Assembly: GCF_000829315.1 (NCBI RefSeq)
Contig: NZ_AP013028.1
Span: 420,001 to 452,000, forward strand
Reading direction: 5' to 3'
Length of the DNA stretch: 32,000 nucleotides
Source of the DNA: Wolbachia endosymbiont of Cimex lectularius
GTDB taxonomy: Bacteria > Pseudomonadota > Alphaproteobacteria > Rickettsiales > Anaplasmataceae
Shown: positions 25,249-32,000 of the stretch, piece by piece
Layout: each line of letters begins with the position of its first letter
Numbering within the stretch: position 1 is the first letter of the stretch
Program-made: the position numbers and the translations under genes
The notes under the pieces: generated by a model
What the model was told of the DNA's origin: nothing
Database searches by the model: none
What the model saw: only the letters and a program-made list of their open reading frames with translations

Positions 25249-26000
25249 AGAACCTGTTTAAAATCTTGGAAATGTGAGGTAAAGTAAGCATAGATTAATA
25301 ATGAGGTGTCTATGCAGAAAAGTTATCCAAGTAATATAAGTCAAGAGCAGTTTGAAAAAATCAGGCCAATTTTGGAGAGTAGCAAGCAGAAAACAAAACC
25401 AAGAAAACTTGATTTGTATGACGTATTTTGTGGGGTGTTGTACGTCTTAAAAAGTGGTTGTCAGTGGAGGATGTTACCAAAGGGTTTTCCAAGATGGGAA
25501 AGCGTATATTACTATTTTCGAGTGTGGAGTAAAAAGAGTGGAGAAGAGCCAAGCTTGTTGGAATTAGTCTTAAAAAAAATTAGTTGGAGAGGTCCGTATC
25601 AGCAATGGTCGGAAAGAGAAAACTAGCTTTTGTATAATTGATTCTCAAAGCGTTAAAAACGCAGATACTGCTGAAAAAAAAAGGCTATGATGCAGGTAAA
25701 AAGATTTCAGGGATAAAGCGCCATATTGCAGTTGATACACAAGGTTTGCCACATGCAATTTATGTAACAACGGCAGAAGCAACTGACCGTAGCAGTGCTG
25801 TGAAAATGGTCGAAAATGCTAAAGCAAACCTCTCTGAAGTTAAAAACATACTGGTTGATGCTGGCTACACAGGAGAAAATTTTGCAACACAAATAAAAGC
25901 TATCATTGGTGCGACTGTTGAAGTAATAAAGCGAAGTGAGTTACACACTTTCGTCGTATTGCCAAAAAGATGGGTTGTTGAACGCTCTTTTGCCTGGTTA
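25249..26000 (+). mobile_element. IS5-family copy C, 3'-truncated (~110 bp missing), abutting copy D tail-to-tail
   Basis: The left end agaacctgtttaaaatcttgg starts at 25249. The copy matches the IS through ...ttgcctggtta, then copy D begins. The junction is ambiguous within 25998-26003. Variant RPILESS / KKSGEE is shared with copy D. Confidence 0.88.
25306..26000 (+). pseudogene. IS5-family transposase of copy C, truncated at the C-terminus
   Basis: orfA at 25306-25626 is intact. The DDE part (25638-) ends ...ERSFAWLE and then reads into copy D. Confidence 0.8.
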
Positions 26001-26862
26001 GAACCTGTTTAAAATCTTCGTAACAGGAGAGAAATGAAGGAGAGGACTATCATCTGTAAGCTAGTGTTGAGCTTCCGCTCGCAATTTTTCCACAATCGCC
26101 TGCACTTTTCTAACCAGGCAAAAGAGCGTTCAACAACCCATCTTTTTGGCAATACGACGAAAGTGTGTAACTCACTTCGCTTTATTACTTCAACAGTCGC
26201 ACCAATGATAGCTTTTATTTGTGTTGCAAAATTTTCTCCTGTGTAGCCAGCATCAACCAGTATGTTTTTAACTTCAGAGAGGTTTGCTTTAGCATTTTCG
26301 ACCATTTTCACAGCACTGCTACGGTCAGTTGCTTCTGCCGTTGTTACATAAATTGCATGTGGCAAACCTTGTGTATCAACTGCAATATGGCGCTTTATCC
26401 CTGAAATCTTTTTACCTGCATCATAGCCTTTTTTTTTCAGCAGTATCTGCGTTTTTAACGCTTTGAGAATCAATTATACAAAAGCTAGTTTTCTCTTTCC
26501 GACCATTGCTGATACGGACCTCTCCAACTAATTTTTTTTAAGACTAATTCCAACAAGCTTGGCTCTTCTCCACTCTTTTTACTCCACACTCGAAAATAGT
26601 AATATACGCTTTCCCATCTTGGAAAACCCTTTGGTAACATCCTCCACTGACAACCACTTTTTAAGACGTACAACACCCCACAAAATACGTCATACAAATC
26701 AAGTTTTCTTGGTTTTGTTTTCTGCTTGCTACTCTCCAAAATTGGCCTGATTTTTTCAAACTGCTCTTGACTTATATTACTTGGATAACTTTTCTGCATA
26801 GACACCTCATTATTAATCTATGCTTACTTTACCTCACATTTCCAAGATTTTAAACAGGTTCT
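26000..26862 (-). mobile_element. IS5-family insertion sequence, copy D (863 bp)
   Basis: Both terminal repeats are present. TTA sits on both sides of the 861-bp core (25998-26000 and 26862-26864). Confidence 0.9.
26009..26805 (-). CDS. IS5-family transposase (orfA 26485-26805 plus frameshifted DDE part 26009-26473)
   Basis: As for the other copies. The T9 tract (A9 on the coding strand) lies at ~26429-26437. Confidence 0.85.
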
Positions 26863-26863
26863 T

Positions 26864-27103
26864 AGAGAAGTTTTAGCAAGAATAGGTCTCAATGGGTTTA
26901 CCGATGGGCAAATTGCCAAATTATTTGCTCAATATTCTTTTGGTTCTTCTAAGGATCCAGTAACACGAGAATTACTAGCGGCTTTACAAGGAAGAATTGT
27001 TGAAGAGCAAAGTGGTTTTATCATGGAAATGCTAAAAAAAACAGCGATGAGTGGTGTTAGAGTAGGGCTGCGTGGACGAATGAAGATGAAAGAAGATGAT
27101 TAA
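26864..27103 (+). pseudogene. 3' part of a small phage gene cut by the IS pair (gpW-like or HTH small-terminase-like; unknown)
   Basis: The frame runs from the IS boundary: REVLARIGLNGFTDGQIAKLFAQYSFGSSKDPVTRELLAALQGRIVEEQSGFIMEMLKKTAMSGVRVGLRGRMKMKEDD*. Its stop (27101-27103) overlaps the portal ATG (27096). A possible 5' piece lies at 25228-25249. Confidence 0.45.
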
Positions 27104-28747
27104 GCTCGAATACCTGACAAGACTGAGAAATAGCTGGTTTGACTATTGGAGTCAGAATGTTCAGCAGGCGAAACATCAGCGCAAATTCGTGATTATGGGG
27201 CAGCAATATACCGAGGATGAGAAGCGAGAGCTGCTCAATATTGGTGTAGAGCCTATGGTTTTTAATGTCACCTTTGCGATGGCTGAAAAGATTTTAAACA
27301 CTGTTCGCGGAAAAAGGTATGACTTGGAGCTTAAGGTCAATGGTGAGAGCCCTGACCCAGCAATTATGCAGACGATGCATAATTGTATCACTGATTTGAT
27401 CTTTAGTCAAGATCATTATGTGGAATATAGTAAAGCACTAAAAGAATCGATAATAGAAGGATATTCTGCACTTTATGTTAGTTTGGTTACAACAATGAAG
27501 ATATAGAAGACGATGAATTAACGTTTAAAATCAGGGCAATAAACGGTACTGAGAGCTTTTTTTTTGATCTACATAGTAATGAACCGCATAAGGGTGATGG
27601 ACGTTACTGTGGTATTATTCATCGCTTATATAAAACCAGCTTGGAAAAGATAGGCTATTCCCAAGCTAAAATTGCAAAATTAGAATTTAAGGATGAAGAT
27701 ACTGTTCCTTATATAGAAGTTACTGATCTATATTTAAAAAAAGATGATGGTATAACTTTTTATCGTTTTACTAACGAGGAAATTCTTGAAACTAAAAAAT
27801 TATATGGTCACAGATATTTGCCACTGGTATTTCATGGTGGCTGCTCTCATTATATTGATAATCGAGAGGTAACAAGACCACTGGGTGTAATGTGTCGTTA
27901 TGCACAGCTAGCCTATAACCATTGTATTACAATGATGAAGTATGGTGCTAAATACTGACAAAATCGCTTTTTAGTGCCACAAGCGAGCGTCAGCAATGAT
28001 AAAGCTCAACGTTATGCTGATCCTCGTGAACTATTATTAGAATTTGCACCGGTAGAAGGTATTCAACCTATTGTTATACCACCAACTGGTTCTGACCCAA
28101 ACCTTGCAATACTGATGCAGCAATCTCTGAGTTTGTTATCACAGATTTGGAATGATGCTACTGATGTTATCGATAAAAGTAAATATTCATCTGCTAAAGC
28201 TTTGGAGGGTAAGTTAAAGGCAAATGAAGGCAGCGTCACTTCTTATTATTTTGTTCACCAAATTACGCTTAATCAAGTAGGAAATGTCCTGCTTTCTCTA
28301 CTTCCTCACAAATTAGCGCAAGATGATGATACTCTAAAGATTTTAGATAATTTTAGTAGGCAAACAAACGTAAAAATTAAAATCAGTGAATCTTTAGAAA
28401 AACAACGTGAAAAAGATAATGAATTGATGCTAAGTATTATGCAATATCTTGGTGCGAGTGGTATCACTGATCAGCAAGTAAGTATCGAGCTTATAGTGGA
28501 AATGCTCTTAAATCAGGATACTGTAAACAGTAAGATTTTACGTGATAAAGTGCTGAATATTGGTCAGCAGCAGGCACAGCAACCGACAGATCAGGATATA
28601 AAACTGCTTGAGATTAAATCAAAAAAAAGAATTGCAGAGCTAAAAGCTGAGGTTGATCTGCTAGCTGAACAGTTAGCTGTTTTGCGGGAAGAAATGCGCA
28701 ATGCTCATGAAGAAAAAATGTTAAAGGAGAAGAGTAATGCAGCTTAA
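27096..28747 (+). pseudogene. phage portal-like protein gene, disrupted by one frameshift and one in-frame TGA
   Basis: Three consecutive ORFs (27096-27506, 27641-27958, 27974-28747) together make ~550 codons. The N-terminal pattern is portal-like (GQQYTEDEKRELLNIGVEPMVFNV). A frame change falls between 27482 and 27503. TGA 27956-27958 sits in frame with the next ORF (…GAKY*QNRFLVPQASV…). The C-terminus is coiled-coil. Confidence 0.6.
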
Positions 28748-29263
28748 AATAAGAAAATTTCCATGTCCAAGAAAATTAAAAGGTGTACTAGAAAATGTTT
28801 TAAGCGTTGATCTTGGTAAGAACGTTAGTTTTGCTTATGTGAAAGATAATATACTTTACTGTGGTAATTGTGTTTTAAATATAAAACAGTGGCGATTTAA
28901 TCAGTCCTCGATACATCAAATCAGTAGTGAATATAAAAAAATCATTGATGCCTTGTTGTGTGAAAATCAAGAGCTAGATTTGGTACTGCTTGAAGATAAT
29001 CAATATTACTTCAGGCAGAAGTATATGAAAGGTAATCACATGTCGTACTATAAGAAACTACAAATAATAGTAGAAGGGTTGTTTTGCAACCATTGGCCAG
29101 GTGAGGTTAAACGTTATTTTGGTGGTTCACTGAAAAAGAAATATTTTGGTACTGCTCGTAAAGAAATTGTTAAAGAACGTATAAAAAAATACTTGAGGCT
29201 AGGCTATGCGACCACACAACCGATGCCATAGCCGGTTTATTTGATAGTTTAAGGAAGGGATAA
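28737..29263 (+). pseudogene. RuvC-like Holliday-junction resolvase gene, frameshifted at an A7 tract
   Basis: The N-terminal SVDLG and mid LLEDNQ acidic motifs lie in the 28737-29231 frame. The C-terminal motif DHTTDAIAGLFDSLRKG* lies in the adjacent frame (open from 29174, stop 29261-29263). The two frames meet at aaaaaaa, 29183-29189. Confidence 0.5.
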
Positions 29264-29265
29264 TA

Positions 29266-29781
29266 ATGCTTGGGGATTTTTTTGATTGGCTTTTTGGTAG
29301 TTCTAAAGCTAATCGCCAGTTTGAAGAAAATATTGACATACAAAAAGAATTGTACGGTCGATATAACAAATTCATGGATAGCCTTGGAGGGCTTGGAACA
29401 GGTGGTCCTGGAGGGTTTATCAATCAAATAGCATCGCAATATCAAGGTGGTTCTTATCAGCAATTTATTAGCAATCAAATGAATACGGCACTTGGCAATC
29501 AACTGCGGGCAAGTGGGCTTGGTCAATCAAGCTATGGTCTATCTAAGGTTGCAAGTTTAAACTCTGATCTTGCATCCAAAGGCTTGAATGACTTTATCAG
29601 TTCGTCTTTAGGTGGGATGCAAGGTCTCATCGGAGCACATGGTCTTGGTGCACAAATAGGACAAGGACTCGGTAGTGGCTACACTTCTTACGGAGGAGCT
29701 TTAAATAATCGTTTTATAGCTATAAACCAGATGTTAGCTGAGCTTGGTAAGGCTGCTGGTAAGGGTATGATAGGAATTTAA
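29266..29781 (+). CDS. Gly/Ser/Gln-rich phage-region protein, unknown function
   Basis: 171-aa ORF with AGGAAGGGA upstream. Its composition is low-complexity (GGLGTGGPGGF, GLGQSSYGL, GAHGLGAQIGQGLGSGYTSYGG). A strong hairpin follows. Confidence 0.6.
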   Translation: MLGDFFDWLFGSSKANRQFEENIDIQKELYGRYNKFMDSLGGLGTGGPGGFINQIASQYQGGSYQQFISNQMNTALGNQLRASGLGQSSYGLSKVASLNSDLASKGLNDFISSSLGGMQGLIGAHGLGAQIGQGLGSGYTSYGGALNNRFIAINQMLAELGKAAGKGMIGI

Positions 29782-29792
29782 TTATAGAAAAA

Positions 29793-29816
29793 AGGCGCCA
29801 GTTAACACTGGCGCCT
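29793..29816. terminator. GC-rich hairpin between convergent genes (terminator, best fit for the minus strand)
   Basis: aggcgccagt-taac-actggcgcct. On the minus strand the hairpin is followed by tttttt (plus-strand aaaaaa at 29788-29793). On the plus strand no T-run follows. Confidence 0.6.
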
Positions 29817-29911
29817 AACATAAAATTTTATAAAATTCATTACACTTTACATGAGGTAAGGTGACAACGATCTTTCACTATAGTGTAACTGAAAAAATTA
29901 TGAAAGTCAAG

Positions 29912-30226
29912 TTAAAGCCTTGATAGCAAATCTGCTAATCCTGCCCGCTTATAAATATCACCTCTTGGTCCTGCTGCAATGATAGATACTTTATACTTTG
30001 CTATATTTACACGATAGATAAGACGGTAACCACCAGCTTCCAATCTTCTATATCCTAATAACTTACCACATAATGGTTTACCAGCTTTAATTGGATCAAC
30101 TTTGAGTTCTGTTTCTATCGCTTTTTCAAAACTCTTTCTTACTTTTTCTGGTAAAGCTCGAAAATCTTTCTTACATTTCTTTAAGAATTCAATTTCATAT
30201 ACTTTACCCTTGTTTGAAATCTTCAT
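29912..30226 (-). CDS. RelE/ParE-family toxin (TA2)
   Basis: MKISNKGKVYEIEFLKKCKKDFRALPEKVRKSFEKAIETELKVDPIKAGKPLCGKLLGYRRLEAGGYRLIYRVNIAKYKVSIIAAGPRGDIYK... The likely start is ATG 30226 (the track ORF starts at 30283). It overlaps the antitoxin 3' end by 23 nt. Confidence 0.75.
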   Translation of the reverse strand: MKISNKGKVYEIEFLKKCKKDFRALPEKVRKSFEKAIETELKVDPIKAGKPLCGKLLGYRRLEAGGYRLIYRVNIAKYKVSIIAAGPRGDIYKRAGLADLLSRL

Positions 30227-30425
30227 ATTTAATCGTTTCCGCACCTGGAGTATCACGCTCCTTAATAACATCAGCCAGTGCAATTTCTTCTATCTTACAT
30301 TCAATCCCGTCTTCAATTAGCTGTTTTACAAGCTCTTGAACGGACTCCTTAGTCACTTCAGCTAGCCTAGTAAGCCGATGTGAAGTTTCTGGGTCAAAAG
30401 TTACACTAATTCCTGAATCTGCCAT
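30204..30425 (-). CDS. RHH-type antitoxin (TA2)
   Basis: MADSGISVTFDPETSHRLTRLAEVTKESVQELVKQLIEDGIE... ATG 30425 aligns with the starts of the two paralogs. The track ORF begins 12 nt upstream at a TTG. Confidence 0.7.
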   Translation of the reverse strand: MADSGISVTFDPETSHRLTRLAEVTKESVQELVKQLIEDGIECKIEEIALADVIKERDTPGAETIKYEDFKQG

Positions 30426-30454
30426 AAATTTTACCAAAGTCTACAACTATAACT

Positions 30455-30483
30455 AGTATACAACATTTTTCTGAATTTTTCAA
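30455..30483 (-). promoter_or_regulatory. TA cassette promoter TTGAAA-N17-TATACT (TA2)
   Basis: On the minus strand, TTGAAA is at 30483-30478 and TATACT at 30460-30455. It lies within a 92-bp leader that is nearly identical to 31039-31130. Confidence 0.6.
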
Positions 30484-30525
30484 TAAATTAGTGTATGCTG
30501 AAACTAGTTTAAAGAATAAGGGAAG

Positions 30526-30816
30526 TCAAACCGACTTTATTTTTTTCTTGTAAACATCCTTTCTATATTTTATTGAGACAACAGTCACTAGATATTGTAT
30601 AACATTTATTTGGTATACGACACGACACTTACCTACTTTTAATCTTCTATATCCTTTTAATCCATAACGTAATGCTTCACCACGGTTGGCAGGATCGGTT
30701 TTGAGACGTTCTGCTATAGCTTTTTTGATTGTTTCCCTTTCCTTTTTTGGGATCCTTGGTAAGTCCTTTTTATCAACACTTTCTAGGAATTTAATCTTGT
30801 ATTCCTTTGGTTCCAC
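30526..30816 (-). CDS. RelE/ParE-family toxin (TA3)
   Basis: (GTG)EPKEYKIKFLESVDKKDLPRIPKKERETIKKAIAERLKTDPANRGEALRYGLKGYRRLKVGKCRVVYQINVIQYLVTVVSIKYRKDVYKK. The start abuts the antitoxin stop codon. Confidence 0.8.
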   Translation of the reverse strand: MEPKEYKIKFLESVDKKDLPRIPKKERETIKKAIAERLKTDPANRGEALRYGLKGYRRLKVGKCRVVYQINVIQYLVTVVSIKYRKDVYKKKIKSV

Positions 30817-31038
30817 TTATTGGTCCCACTTGACATCTTCAAAATCAATTGTTTTTGCATCTGGAGTATGAAGTTTAGCAGCGCGCTCAATTAATATTCT
30901 ATCTTCCTCATTTTCAATCGCTTCTTCCATGAGCTTTTCTGCTAGTTCTTTAACAGATTTGTTTCTTATTTCAGCTAGACCAACAAGGCACTCTGAAATT
31001 TCATCACTAAAGGTTATACTAATTTTTGAATCTGCCAT
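30817..31038 (-). CDS. RHH-type antitoxin (TA3)
   Basis: MADSKISITFSDEISECLVGLAEIRNKSVKELAEKLMEEAIENEEDRILIERAAK... This is a close paralog of the 24507-24740 product. Confidence 0.75.
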   Translation of the reverse strand: MADSKISITFSDEISECLVGLAEIRNKSVKELAEKLMEEAIENEEDRILIERAAKLHTPDAKTIDFEDVKWDQ

Positions 31039-31067
31039 AAGTTTTACCAAAGTCTACAACTATAACT

Positions 31068-31096
31068 AGTATACAACATTTTTCTGAATTTTTCAA
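31068..31096 (-). promoter_or_regulatory. TA cassette promoter TTGAAA-N17-TATACT (TA3)
   Basis: On the minus strand, TTGAAA is at 31096-31091 and TATACT at 31073-31068. It is divergent from the terminase-like gene that starts at 31136. Confidence 0.6.
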
Positions 31097-31135
31097 TAAA
31101 TTAGTGTATGCTAAAACTAGTTTAAAGGATGAAAA

Positions 31136-32000
31136 ATGCTATCTCAAAAGGACATTATTTTATGCCGTAAAGATTTTGGCTTCTTTGCCTTTCAAGGCAT
31201 GCTGCGGGTATTTAATATCAAATTAAATTTAAAAAGAGAAGACGGCAGTAAAAATTATTTATGGGTACTGTTTAATAGCATCAACCGATTGGTTTTTGAA
31301 AAAGCACATAATCAATGGTGGAATATGCCACCGCACTGTGCTAAGACAACATTGGGTTTTATATTTCATGTAGCGTTTGCTTTTGGTAATAACCCAAGGG
31401 CAAAATTTATGTATATCACGCATCAGAGGGATTTGATGCGTGAAAAAATAAACGAATTACATATGGTGCTTGAATCTCCATTTTATCGCCAAGTTTTTCC
31501 AAACGTAAAAGTAGTTGGTCGCAGAAGTACGCGAGTAATCAAAACGAAAGAAGATGGTTTTGTTAATGGCTTTTCAATATCAGGACATGTGACAGGTCCA
31601 TGGAGCTGGAGATAGTTCTTTTGATGTTGATGAGATTCGTAAATACGGTGGCTGTATTATCCTTGATGATTTACATGATGCGAGCTGTGCTTATAGCCGA
31701 GTATCCCTCGTTAACGCCTGTCAAAAATTTGAACAGTGTATAACTTCAAGGCGCAATACTTCCGATACACCATTTTTAGTAATTGGTCAAAGGATCAGTG
31801 TTTATGACATATTTTGCTATTTAGATAAAAAATCAGAGCGACAGTTTGAGAAGACCATAATACCTGCAGTACTGGAAAATGGAACAAGTATTGATGAAGA
31901 TAGATTGCCTCTGCAAGAGCTGAGGATCAAGGAAAAAGCAGAGCCTTATGTTTTTCAATCGTAATACATGCAAGATCCACTAGAGCCAAAATGGCGAATA
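31136..32000 (+). pseudogene. phage terminase large subunit-like gene (N-terminal ATPase part), with a +1 frameshift and an in-frame TAA; continues past the window end
   Basis: The P-loop-like motif reads WNMPPHCAKTTLGF. After the frameshift at ~31598 the sequence continues (GHVTG|HGAGDSSFDVDEIRKYGGCIILDDLHD, Walker B-like ILDD), then VIGQRISVYD and ...EPYVFQS*YMQDPLEP, with TAA at 31963-31965 where Gln is expected. Confidence 0.6.

Noticed and set aside
27956-27958. In-frame TGA in the portal-like gene as recoding (Sec or Trp).
   Set aside because: TGA terminates other genes in the window (for example the TA1 toxin frame). No SECIS-like hairpin is evident. The same gene also has a frameshift and its neighbours carry lesions, so a nonsense mutation is the simpler reading.
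29170-29526. Minus-strand ORFs of 118 and 74 aa overlapping the RuvC-like and Gly-rich genes.
   Set aside because: They are antisense to better-supported plus-strand genes. The Pro/Ser-rich peptide is the complement of the Gly-rich coding repeat.
1-32000. tRNA, rRNA or tmRNA genes in the intergenic regions.
   Set aside because: I found no segment with cloverleaf-compatible stems or conserved T-loop/D-loop motifs on visual inspection. The GC-rich hairpins present are simple palindromes. A tRNAscan or Infernal run would be needed to be certain.

Overview
The window is AT-rich and reads like a Wolbachia/Anaplasmataceae-type (Rickettsiales) endosymbiont chromosome. That assignment is an inference from gene content, protein sequences and repeat families; no search was possible. 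It falls into three blocks.

(i) 1-7.3 kb is a compact cassette. It has a sigma70-like promoter, a VirB2-like small membrane protein, a divergent VirB4 ATPase paralog (Walker A reads GxxxxGRT) and a translationally coupled 990-aa secreted Cys-rich/Gly-rich protein. A membrane-anchored P/K/Q/E-rich protein lies just upstream.

(ii) 7.3-19.9 kb carries housekeeping genes: an SH3b protein, pdhC (E2), an argD-like aminotransferase, a tlyC/corC-like gene, a DUF2312/GapR-like gene, ubiX, folD, a polysaccharide deacetylase and an MFS transporter. These are interspersed with short palindromic/tandem repeats, one block of which sits in frame inside pdhC, and with IS relics.

(iii) 19.9-32 kb is a decaying prophage-like region. 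A tail-fibre-like gene is split by an IS. The portal, RuvC-like and large-terminase genes each carry frameshift or nonsense lesions. The region also holds three paralogous RHH-RelE/ParE toxin-antitoxin cassettes behind a conserved promoter, a 207-bp palindromic element, and four near-identical 863-bp IS5-family copies arranged as two inverted pairs. A fifth, truncated copy lies at 10.2 kb.

I recognised no rRNA, tRNA or CRISPR array. The best candidate for an undescribed system is the VirB2-like / VirB4-II / giant secreted protein cassette. The palindromic element and the TA cassette family are secondary candidates.
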